DNA from: Candidatus Latescibacterota bacterium
Lineage (GTDB): Bacteria; Latescibacterota; UBA2968; GCA-2709665
Assembly: GCA_965203805.1 (NCBI GenBank)
Contig: OZ241917.1
Location: 5,312,001 to 5,376,000, forward strand
Direction: 5' to 3'
DNA length: 64,000 bases
Below, piece after piece: positions 46,885-55,707 of the stretch (within the stretch, counting starts at the first letter, position 1; each line of letters starts with the position of its first letter). Under the pieces are notes generated by a model. The model had not been told where the DNA came from and made no database searches. It saw only the letters and a list, made by a program, of their open reading frames with translations. The position numbers and the translations under genes were made by a program.

Positions 46885-48177
46885 ATGCGTGTTGCTTACA
46901 TAGCCGCGGGCGCCGCGGGGATGTATTGCGGGAGTTGCATCAGCGACAATACGCTGGCTTCGGCGCTCAGGCTCCGAGGCGTGGACCTGACGCTGATTCC
47001 AACGTACACGCCGTTGCGGACCGATGGGCCCGACGCGAGCATCAACCGGGTGTTCTACGGTGGAATCAACGTCTATCTGCAGCAGAAGCTGGCGTTTTTT
47101 CGCCGCGCGCCGGAATTCGTGGACCGGCTGATGAACGGGCGTACACTGCTGAAATCGCTTTCGTGGTTCAGCGGATCGACCCGTGCCGGCGAGCTGGGCG
47201 CGCTCACGGTCTCGATGCTGAAGGGAGAACATGGCGCCCAGAGGAAGGAACTGAAGAAGCTGGTTCGATGGCTGAAGGACGACCTCCGGCCGGACCTCGT
47301 TCATCTGACGAATTCCATGTTTCTGGGCATGGCGCGTGAGATGAAGCGGGAAATGGGCGTTCCCGTTCTGTGTTCCGTACAGGGGGAGGATGTCTTCCTC
47401 GAGGGGCTGATCGAACCGTACCGAAACGAGGCGTTAGCCCTGATTCGGGACCGCGCGCGCGACGTCGACGCGTTTGTGGCCACGTGCGGCTGGTACGCGG
47501 ACGCCATGGCAGCGGTTCTGGATACGCCCCGGGAACGCTTCCGCGTGGTCCGCCTGGGCATCGGCCTGGAAGGCCACGGCCGGGTCGCCCGGGCGCAGCC
47601 CGAGACCCCGTTTACGATCGGGTACATGGCCCGCATCGCGCCCGAGAAAGGATTGCATCTCCTCGCCGATGCCGTGGGGCGTCTGGCGGATCAGGTTGGA
47701 TCGGAGAATGTCAGGCTGCGGGCGGCGGGTTATCTGGGCGGACGTGAAAAGTCCTATTTCCGGAAGGTCGTCTCGCTGATAGAGTCCCGCGGGCTTGCCG
47801 ATGCCTTCGAGTATCGGGGCGAGGTGGACCGCGAACAGAAGATCGAATTCCTGAACAGCGTCCATGTCCTGTCCGTGCCTACGCCGTACCGGGAGCCGAA
47901 AGGATTGTTCGTGTTGGAGGCGCTGGCCAACGGCACGCCAGTGGTCCAGCCGCGCCACGGTGCGTTTCCGGAGCTTGTCGAGTCTACCGGAGGAGGGATC
48001 CTTGTCGATCCCGGCTCACCGGCGGCGCTCGCGGAAGGCCTGTCTCGTATGATGCGTGACGGGGAGGCCCGGGAAGCCATGGGCAGAAGGGGCCGTGCGG
48101 CCGTACGCCGGACGTACACCGACGCGTGCATGGCCGGCGCCATGCAGGACGTCTATCGACAATTCGTCGCGGGTTGA
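46885..48177 (+). CDS. GT4 family glycosyltransferase with an N-terminal CxxC
   Basis: GYMARIAPEKG and EPKGLFVLEALANGTPVV GT-B motifs; GMYCGSC near the N-terminus. Confidence 0.85.
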   Translation: MRVAYIAAGAAGMYCGSCISDNTLASALRLRGVDLTLIPTYTPLRTDGPDASINRVFYGGINVYLQQKLAFFRRAPEFVDRLMNGRTLLKSLSWFSGSTRAGELGALTVSMLKGEHGAQRKELKKLVRWLKDDLRPDLVHLTNSMFLGMAREMKREMGVPVLCSVQGEDVFLEGLIEPYRNEALALIRDRARDVDAFVATCGWYADAMAAVLDTPRERFRVVRLGIGLEGHGRVARAQPETPFTIGYMARIAPEKGLHLLADAVGRLADQVGSENVRLRAAGYLGGREKSYFRKVVSLIESRGLADAFEYRGEVDREQKIEFLNSVHVLSVPTPYREPKGLFVLEALANGTPVVQPRHGAFPELVESTGGGILVDPGSPAALAEGLSRMMRDGEAREAMGRRGRAAVRRTYTDACMAGAMQDVYRQFVAG

Positions 48178-48249
48178 TCCGGCCGGGAACGGCGGATTCG
48201 TCGGCGATTCACCACCGCAGTTCCAACGGGCTGCTAAAGGAGAGATGCT

Positions 48250-48750
48250 ATGCCGGCCGAACAGGCAACGACCCCGGGGTTCACGTGGTTGATCTTCGCG
48301 GCCATGACCGTGGGGTCGTGGGGATTGTACGGGATTTTTCTGCATACCGGGCAGATTGCAATGGCCGATCCCGTGAACGGACGGTACAAGGCGTTCCTGC
48401 TGGTGGGCGTGGCCTATCTGCTGACCGCCGTCATCGGATCGCTGGTCGTTCTCTGGTTGAACGGCGCGGACTGGTCGTTCCCCGCGCGGGGGTTCACATG
48501 GTCTCTGCTCGCCGGCACCGTGGGCGCGATCGGCGCATTCGGCGTCCTTCTCGCGTTTGGCGCACGGGGCACCCCTGCCGTGGTGATGTCGATCGTATTC
48601 GCCGGCGCTCCCGTCGTAAACGCGGTGGTGTCGATGGCCATGCACCCGCCCGCCGGCGGATGGGGCGGTCTGAGCTGGCAGTTTGTGATGGGCGTCGTGC
48701 TGGCTGCGCTGGGCGGATGCCTGGTGACGCTCTATAAGCCCGCGTCGTAA
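48250..48750 (+). CDS. Small five-TM membrane protein (DMT/EamA-like single repeat)
   Basis: Hydrophobic, Gly-rich helices with SWGLYG; AAGGAG RBS. Confidence 0.65.
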   Translation: MPAEQATTPGFTWLIFAAMTVGSWGLYGIFLHTGQIAMADPVNGRYKAFLLVGVAYLLTAVIGSLVVLWLNGADWSFPARGFTWSLLAGTVGAIGAFGVLLAFGARGTPAVVMSIVFAGAPVVNAVVSMAMHPPAGGWGGLSWQFVMGVVLAALGGCLVTLYKPAS

Positions 48751-48857
48751 AGCTGCAGAGACAGCTATCAGCGGTCAGCTATCAGCCGTCAGCCAGAAGC
48801 GGTTTCTGTTAAGGATAGGCGTCGGGAATTACCGATATCTCCACAAGAGGAAGTCCT

Positions 48858-49298
48858 GTGCCAAGCGAATTCCACACCACGCGACGCGTAGAATTTTCGG
48901 ATACGGACATGGCCGGGATCGTGCACTTTTCCCGGTTTTTCGTTTTCATGGAGGCGGCCGAGCACGCGTTCCTGCGTTCGCTCGGCACCAGCGTGCATAC
49001 CCGATGGGAAGGGCGCAGGGTGGGGTGGCCCCGCGTGGGCGCGTCGTGCGACTATCTGGAACCGGCACGGTTCGAAGACGTGCTGGACGTCCGTCTGAAG
49101 GTCGTCAGAAAGGGAACGAGCTCGATCACGTACGGGTTCGAGTTTCGCCGCGGCGGCGTTTCGATTGCGCGGGGCCGGTTGAGTACGGTGTTCTGCGAAT
49201 GCACCCCGGGCCGGCCGTTCCGCGCCATCCCCATCCCGGGCGCCATCGCGGACCGGATCCAGGAAGCGGAGGAGGGGGAGGATGACGCTGCGGGCTGA
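48858..49298 (+). CDS. 4HBT/YbgC-like hot-dog acyl-CoA thioesterase
   Basis: RVEFSDTDMAGIVHFSRFF..ME motif. Confidence 0.9.
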   Translation: MPSEFHTTRRVEFSDTDMAGIVHFSRFFVFMEAAEHAFLRSLGTSVHTRWEGRRVGWPRVGASCDYLEPARFEDVLDVRLKVVRKGTSSITYGFEFRRGGVSIARGRLSTVFCECTPGRPFRAIPIPGAIADRIQEAEEGEDDAAG

Positions 49299-49941
49299 GC
49301 GGATATCGAAACAGTATGGCGACGTGTCCGTGCTTCGGGAGGTTTCGTTCGAGACGGGACGCGGTCAGTCCGTGGCGGTCGTCGGGCCGTCGGGATCGGG
49401 AAAGAGCACGCTCCTCCACGTACTGGGCACCCTGGACAGACCGTCGTCGGGCCGTGTGGAGATTGACGGCCGGGACCCCTACGCCCTCTCCGACAAGGAG
49501 CTGGCGCGCTTTCGGAATCACGGGATCGGGTTCGTGTTCCAGGACCACCATCTGCTGCCACAGTATTCAGTACTGGAGAATGTGCTGATTCCCACGCTGG
49601 CGTCCGGCAACGCCGGATCCGGCGACGGGGAGCGGGCACGGGACCTGATCGAACGGGTCGGACTCGCGCATCGGGCCGAACACCGCCCGGCCGCTCTGTC
49701 CGGCGGCGAACGCCAGCGGGCGGCCGTGGCTCGAGCGCTGGTCAACAGGCCGGCGCTTCTCCTGTGCGATGAGCCCACGGGCAGCCTGGATCGGGCGCGC
49801 GCCGATGAAATCGGCGACCTGATATTCGAACTGCATGCCCGGGAGAACACGATCCTGATCGGGGTCACGCATAGCCCGGAAATGGCCGCACGGTTCGAAC
49901 GCACCCTTGAGTTGCGGGAGGGGACTTGCGTAGAAGCCTGA
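49282..49941 (+). CDS. ABC transporter ATP-binding protein (LolD/MacB-like)
   Basis: GPSGSGKST, IGFVFQ, LSGGERQR, DEPTG and VTH motifs. Confidence 0.93.
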   Translation: MTLRAERISKQYGDVSVLREVSFETGRGQSVAVVGPSGSGKSTLLHVLGTLDRPSSGRVEIDGRDPYALSDKELARFRNHGIGFVFQDHHLLPQYSVLENVLIPTLASGNAGSGDGERARDLIERVGLAHRAEHRPAALSGGERQRAAVARALVNRPALLLCDEPTGSLDRARADEIGDLIFELHARENTILIGVTHSPEMAARFERTLELREGTCVEA

Positions 49942-52900
49942 CCTTCTTCTGGCGAATTCATCTGTCCGTGCTGCTGGGCGTGGCCGTGGCCACCGCCGTG
50001 CTCACCGGGGCTCTGCTGGTGGGCGATTCGGTACGCGACAGCCTGAGAGACCTGACCCTCGACCGTTTGGGAGATATCGATCACGCCCTCGTTTCGGAGC
50101 GCTTCTTTCGCGCGGACCTCGCGCGGGACATCGAGGCGGCGGATGACGGACTGACCGTTGTGCCGGCGGTGACGCTCAGCGGATCGGCGGTGCATGCCAC
50201 CGAGGGGACTCGCGCTTCCCGCGTCGCCATTCTGGGTGTGGATTCCCGGTTCGTCGGCCTGTTCGATGCCAACGCGCCCGACCTCGCCCGCCGGGGGGCC
50301 GCGACGCCACTTGTCGCCAACGAGTCTCTGAGGAGCGAACTGAACGCCCGCGTGGGCGATGCGGTCCTGCTTTCGTTCGAGCTGCCGGGCGACGTCCACA
50401 GGGAGTCTCTGTTCGGGCGGGACGGGATCTCGGAGTCGATACAGACCGTACGCGCCAGACTCACGGGTGTCGTGCCCGACCGGGGAATGGGTCGTTTCGG
50501 TCTGCGCCCGCGTCAGCGGACGCCGCTCAATGCGTTCGTGTCACTGCCCCTGTTGCAGGAAACGCTCGGTCTGCCGGGCCGGGTGAATATGCTCCTGGTT
50601 TCGCAGGACACGCAGGCCGCCGGCGATCCGGCGCCCGCGCTCGCCCGCGCCGCTACGCTGGATGACCTCGGGCTTTCGATGCGGGTCGACGCCGGTTATC
50701 TCGCGATTGAAAGCACGGGATTTCTCCTGAAGCCCCACGTGGCGAACCCGGTTCTGGGTCTCGCGGATGAACTGGGGATGCCCCGAATGGCGATACTCAC
50801 GTACCTTGCCAATACGATCCGGGTCGGGGATCGCGTTCTGCCCTATTCGACGGTTGCCGCGATGGACGTCGGGAGCGTCGGCAATCTGCGACTGGCCGAC
50901 GGGCGCCCGGCGCCCGTCCCCGGCGAGGGCGAAGTGCTGCTGAATGCCTGGGCGGCGCAGGACCTGCGCGCCGGGACCGGCGACGCCGTCGAGCTGGCCT
51001 ATTTCGAAGCCGGTCCGAAGGAGGCGCTGAGCACGCGGCACGTCACGTTACGCCTGGCGGGCGTGGTCGCCATGGAAGGGTTGGGCGCCGATTCCCTGTT
51101 GACGCCTGCATTGCCGGGTCTTCACGACGCGGAAGACATGCACGCCTGGGACCCGCCCTTCCCGGTGGACCTGAAGCGCATACGGCCCGCGGACGAAGCC
51201 TATTGGGACGCCTATCGCGCCGCGCCCAAAGCCATCGTGTCGGCCGCCACGGGCCAACGTCTCTGGCGGAGCCGATTCGGAAGCCTGACGTCCGTCAGGA
51301 TGGGACCCGCGCCCGGACTGGACGCCGGGCAATCCGCCGGGCGGTTTCGAACCGGACTCCGGGAGGCGCTCCCGCCCGAATCCGCCGGCATGGGCTTTCA
51401 GCCCGTGAGAGAACAGGGTCTGGCGGCTTCATCGGGGTCCACGGACTTCGGCGGGCTTTTCGTCGGATTCAGTCTGTTCCTGATTGTTTCGGCGGCGCTG
51501 CTTGTGGGGCTCCTCTTCCGGCTTGGCGTGGAACAACGCGCCGATGAGGTGGGCGTGCTGATGGCGTCCGGTTTTACGGCGGGCGCGATCAGACGCCGGT
51601 TCATGGGGGAGGCGGTCTTGCTCGCCGGGCTGGGGGGACTGATCGGGCTCGCGGGCGGACTGGCGTACGGATGGCTCATGATTGCGGGTCTGCGCACCTG
51701 GTGGGTCCCGGCCGTCGGGACCGGTGAACTCACGCTGCACGTGCACGGATCCGGTCTGGCGGCCGGGTTTCTGATTTCACAGATTGTGGTTCTGCTCACG
51801 ATTCTGACGACGGTCCGGCGATTGGGCGGTCTGCCCGTTCGGGCCCTGCTCTCCGGCGCCGCGCACCATGCGACTGCCGGCAGCGGGCGCCGGCTGACGG
51901 TGCTCGCGCTGGCAAGCCTGGGACTGGCCGCGGCCTGTCTTGCCGGGGCGCCGGACGCAGGGCGCGAAGCCGCGATCGCGCTGTTTTTCGGATGCGGGAC
52001 GTTTCTTCTGATTTCGGGCCTGTGCGCGCTCGCCGTCTGGTTTCAGCGCGGACGGCGCACCCTGGTGACGGGAATCTGGAAGATGGGTGTGTGGAACAGC
52101 GCGCGAAATCCGGGCCGGAGTCTGCTGTGCGCATCGCTGATCGCCAGCGCCTGTTTCGTGGTCGTGGCGGTCGGCGCCCATCGCCGCACCGATGCCGGGC
52201 GCGATGCGTTGATCAGCCGGACGTCGGGCGGGGGTGGATTTCAGCTCATCGCGGAAACGGATGCGCCGCTCTACCACGATCCCGGTTCGGCGGACGGCCG
52301 TTTCGAGCTGGGGTTTTCGGAAGGGGATGCCCGGATTCTGGACGGGGCGCGAATCATGCCGTTTCGCGTATTGCCGGGCGACGACGTGAGTTGCCTGAAT
52401 CTTTACAGACCGCGTCATCCCCGGGTTCTGGGCGTGCCCGAGACGTTGATTCGACAGGGCGGCTTCGCGTTCGACCGGTTGCTGCACGAAACCGAAGCGC
52501 CGTGGACGTTGTTGACGCGGCAGGCGGAACCCGGCGTGATTCCCGCATTCGGCGACGCGAACTCCGTAACCTGGATTCTCCACAAGAACCTGGGCGACGA
52601 GATCCCGGTACAGACGGAAACGGGCGAGACCGTCAGGCTGCGGCTCGTCGGACTGCTGAAGCACAGCATCTTCCAGAGTGAACTGCTGGTATCGGAGGCG
52701 AATTTCACCGCGCAGTTCCCCGATCGCAGCGGGTACGGGTACTTTCTCGTGGAGACCGACCGGCCCGGAGAAACCGGCGCCATCCTGGAGCGGCGGTTGC
52801 AGGACGCCGGTCTCGATGCAACGCCGACGTCGGCCAGGCTCGCGCATTTCCGGACCGTGGAGAATACGTACCTTTCCACGTTTCAGACGCTGGGCGGGCT

Positions 52901-53246
52901 GGGCGTACTCCTGGGGACGATCGGACTGGGGATCGTGATGGTGCGTAACGTCGTTGAACGGCGTACCGAGCTGGCGGCGCTGAGGGCGCTGGGGTTCCGC
53001 CGGTCGCTGTTGAGCGGACTCCTGTGCGTGGAGAACGGATTCCTGATGGCGACAGGCATGGGAATCGGCGTTGTGGCCGCGATCGTGACAACCGTGCCCC
53101 ATGCCTCGGGCGGCGGCCTGCCGTGGGCGTCGTTACTGGCCATGCTTTGTCTTATCTTCAGCGCGGGCCTGGCTGCCGGTACCGCGGGAGTCCTGGTTGC
53201 GCTGAGGACGCCGCTGTTGCCGGCATTGAAACGGGAAGGCGCCTGA
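49926..53246 (+). CDS. Large duplicated FtsX/MacB-type ABC permease
   Basis: Two 1+3 TM repeats with large periplasmic domains, EQRADEVGVLMASGF and ERRTELAALRALGF; overlaps the ATPase. Confidence 0.88.
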   Translation: MRRSLTFFWRIHLSVLLGVAVATAVLTGALLVGDSVRDSLRDLTLDRLGDIDHALVSERFFRADLARDIEAADDGLTVVPAVTLSGSAVHATEGTRASRVAILGVDSRFVGLFDANAPDLARRGAATPLVANESLRSELNARVGDAVLLSFELPGDVHRESLFGRDGISESIQTVRARLTGVVPDRGMGRFGLRPRQRTPLNAFVSLPLLQETLGLPGRVNMLLVSQDTQAAGDPAPALARAATLDDLGLSMRVDAGYLAIESTGFLLKPHVANPVLGLADELGMPRMAILTYLANTIRVGDRVLPYSTVAAMDVGSVGNLRLADGRPAPVPGEGEVLLNAWAAQDLRAGTGDAVELAYFEAGPKEALSTRHVTLRLAGVVAMEGLGADSLLTPALPGLHDAEDMHAWDPPFPVDLKRIRPADEAYWDAYRAAPKAIVSAATGQRLWRSRFGSLTSVRMGPAPGLDAGQSAGRFRTGLREALPPESAGMGFQPVREQGLAASSGSTDFGGLFVGFSLFLIVSAALLVGLLFRLGVEQRADEVGVLMASGFTAGAIRRRFMGEAVLLAGLGGLIGLAGGLAYGWLMIAGLRTWWVPAVGTGELTLHVHGSGLAAGFLISQIVVLLTILTTVRRLGGLPVRALLSGAAHHATAGSGRRLTVLALASLGLAAACLAGAPDAGREAAIALFFGCGTFLLISGLCALAVWFQRGRRTLVTGIWKMGVWNSARNPGRSLLCASLIASACFVVVAVGAHRRTDAGRDALISRTSGGGGFQLIAETDAPLYHDPGSADGRFELGFSEGDARILDGARIMPFRVLPGDDVSCLNLYRPRHPRVLGVPETLIRQGGFAFDRLLHETEAPWTLLTRQAEPGVIPAFGDANSVTWILHKNLGDEIPVQTETGETVRLRLVGLLKHSIFQSELLVSEANFTAQFPDRSGYGYFLVETDRPGETGAILERRLQDAGLDATPTSARLAHFRTVENTYLSTFQTLGGLGVLLGTIGLGIVMVRNVVERRTELAALRALGFRRSLLSGLLCVENGFLMATGMGIGVVAAIVTTVPHASGGGLPWASLLAMLCLIFSAGLAAGTAGVLVALRTPLLPALKREGA

Positions 53247-53368
53247 GGCCCGCACGCCAGGTCCTGGCAACGAAAATAGGAGTTCAATTCCGGAGTCGCA
53301 GAGCGTATCTTCAGTTGAAGGCGCGAAGTCGGACTTCTCCGGTCTTGTATCGAGAAAAGGAGCGCGTT

Positions 53369-54667
53369 ATGAATCGGATGACGCTGGCCTCTACCGTTTG
53401 CTGTCTGCTGGTCGCAACCGTACCGGCTGCGTCGGACTGGCCGCATTGGCGCGGGCCGAACCGCAACGGGCTCGTGGACGGAGCGAATCCGCCCGTTGAG
53501 TGGAGCGAAGGGAAGAATATCCGATGGAAAGCGCCCATTCCCGGTCTGGGCCACGCAACGCCGGTCGTCTGGGGTGAGCGGATTTTTGTGCAGACAGCCG
53601 TCATGACTGACAAGGTAGTGGAGAACACCGGAGGGGGAAGGCGCCGGCCCCCGCCCAATCTGTTTCAATACAGGGTCCTGGCCCTGGATCGCCGGACCGG
53701 AGAGAAAATATGGGACAGGACGGTCCGGGAGGCCCGGCCGCACGAGGGAATGCACCGGACGGCGTCGTTCGCGTCACCATCGGGCATCACGGACGGAGAA
53801 AACCTCTATGCGTATTTCGGCTCACAGGGCCTCTATTGCCTCGATATGGACGGCAATCTGAAGTGGGAGAAAGACCTGGGCAAATACTGGAGCAGGGCCG
53901 CTTTCGGCGAGGGGGCTTCGCCGATGATCCACGGCAGCACCCTGGTGATCAACTGGGACCACGAAGGGGATTCCTTCATTGTCGCGCTGGACAAGGCGTC
54001 GGGCAGGGAGCTCTGGCGCAAGGCGCGGAACGAGGTGACGTCCTGGTCCACGCCGCTGCCGGTCGACCACGGCGGCCGGACCCAGGTGATCGTCAGCGCG
54101 TCGCGCCGCACCCGTAGCTACGACCTGAAGACCGGGGCGTTGATCTGGGAATGCGGCGGGCTGGGGACGAACGTGATTCCGACGCCGCTGTACGAAAACG
54201 GGGTGGTGTACGTGGCCAGCGGCCACAGGGACCCGGCCATGCAGGCAATTGATCTGGCCGGGGCGAAGGGCGACGTCTCGGGTTCGGACTCGGTGTTGTG
54301 GTCGATCTCCCGGAACACACCCTATGTGTCGTCACCCCTGCTCTACGGCGGCCGGCTGTTTCTCATGAAGGGCCGGGGAGCGATCCTGTCCTGCTATAAC
54401 GCCGGGACCGGAAAGCCACTCTTCGGGCCGGAACGCCTGGACGGGATGGGTTTCGTTTACGCGTCGCTGGTAGGGGCGGGCGGCCGCGTGTATATCTGCG
54501 ATCTCGAGGGAACCACGCTCGTTGTCAGGAACGGCCCTGAATTCGAGGTTCTGGCGAAGAACACCCTGGATGAAGGGAGCGGGGCGTCGCCGGTGGTTGT
54601 GGGGGACGCTATTTACCTCAGGGGACGCAGTCACCTCTATTGCATTGCGGAAGACAAGCGGAATTGA
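53369..54667 (+). CDS. PQQ-type beta-propeller repeat protein with signal peptide
   Basis: DWPHWRGPNRNG and repeated LD..TG..W blades; AAGGAG RBS before ATG 53369. Confidence 0.88.
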   Translation: MNRMTLASTVCCLLVATVPAASDWPHWRGPNRNGLVDGANPPVEWSEGKNIRWKAPIPGLGHATPVVWGERIFVQTAVMTDKVVENTGGGRRRPPPNLFQYRVLALDRRTGEKIWDRTVREARPHEGMHRTASFASPSGITDGENLYAYFGSQGLYCLDMDGNLKWEKDLGKYWSRAAFGEGASPMIHGSTLVINWDHEGDSFIVALDKASGRELWRKARNEVTSWSTPLPVDHGGRTQVIVSASRRTRSYDLKTGALIWECGGLGTNVIPTPLYENGVVYVASGHRDPAMQAIDLAGAKGDVSGSDSVLWSISRNTPYVSSPLLYGGRLFLMKGRGAILSCYNAGTGKPLFGPERLDGMGFVYASLVGAGGRVYICDLEGTTLVVRNGPEFEVLAKNTLDEGSGASPVVVGDAIYLRGRSHLYCIAEDKRN

Positions 54668-54707
54668 TCGATCGGAGACGCGGAATCGAATGGAGAGAGG
54701 AGTTTTG

Positions 54708-55706
54708 ATGGACCGGTTTGCAGGCATGACGCGCGTTATCGGCGCAGCGATCGTAATCCTTCTGGGTGCGCTCGGATGCGAAGCGCCGGACCGAGGGAGA
54801 GAAACAACCGAACCCCAGCGCCGGTTCCTGAGCGTGGGCACCGCTCCGCCGGGGGGCGCGTTCTTCGTGGTCGGCGGCGCGATCGCGCAGGTCGTGGACG
54901 ACCGCGCGGGCGACCTGTCGTGGGACGTATCCGCGGAGGCGACCAAGGGCACGCAGGAGAACATCCGCCGGCTCGTGCGCGGGGAGCTGGATTTCGCGCT
55001 GGCCAATGCCGCGATATCCTATTTTGCGGTGCGGGGCGAGGGCGCCTGGGGCGACAAGCAGGCCATCAACGCCGTGATGACGCTGGCCCCGAATGTCGCC
55101 CTCTTCGTGACGCCGGAAGGCACGGGGATCCGCGCCATCGGCGACCTCAGGGGCAAGCGGGTTGTGGTCGGTCCCGCGGGCGCCGGGTTCGAGTATTTCC
55201 TCGCGCCGATACTGAATGCTCACGGTGTCGCCTACGAGGACTTCAGCCCGTTGCACAATACGCAGGCCGGCGCCGTGGATATGCTTGCGGACGGGTCCGC
55301 CGCCGCGGCCTTTCTGGGCGGCGCCGTGCCGACGGCGTCCATCACCCAGGCGAGCGCTTCGCAGGACATCCGCTTCATCCCCTTCGGCGTTCCCGAAAAA
55401 GAACGTCTGTTCCGGGACTATCCGTTCTTCAACGCGGCAACTATTCCCGCGAATACCTATCGCGGCCAGGCAGAGGCCTTCGACGGCATGAACGTGGGTT
55501 CGATGCACCTCGTGACGCCTGCAGATCTGGACGAGGAGACGGTCTACCGGTTTACCAGGATCCTCTACGAGAACCGCGCGGACGTGGTGAAGAAGCATCC
55601 CGCGGGCAAAGCCATCCAGCCAGGGAACGTGATCCGGGATACCGGCACACCCTTCCATCCCGGGGCGATCAGGTTTTACAGGGAAATCGGAATCTGGCCC
55701 AACTGA
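54708..55706 (+). CDS. TAXI family TRAP solute receptor (probable lipoprotein)
   Basis: LGALGC lipobox, GTAPPGGAFF, TKGTQENI and PFHPGA motifs. Confidence 0.9.
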   Translation: MDRFAGMTRVIGAAIVILLGALGCEAPDRGRETTEPQRRFLSVGTAPPGGAFFVVGGAIAQVVDDRAGDLSWDVSAEATKGTQENIRRLVRGELDFALANAAISYFAVRGEGAWGDKQAINAVMTLAPNVALFVTPEGTGIRAIGDLRGKRVVVGPAGAGFEYFLAPILNAHGVAYEDFSPLHNTQAGAVDMLADGSAAAAFLGGAVPTASITQASASQDIRFIPFGVPEKERLFRDYPFFNAATIPANTYRGQAEAFDGMNVGSMHLVTPADLDEETVYRFTRILYENRADVVKKHPAGKAIQPGNVIRDTGTPFHPGAIRFYREIGIWPN

Positions 55707-55707
55707 C

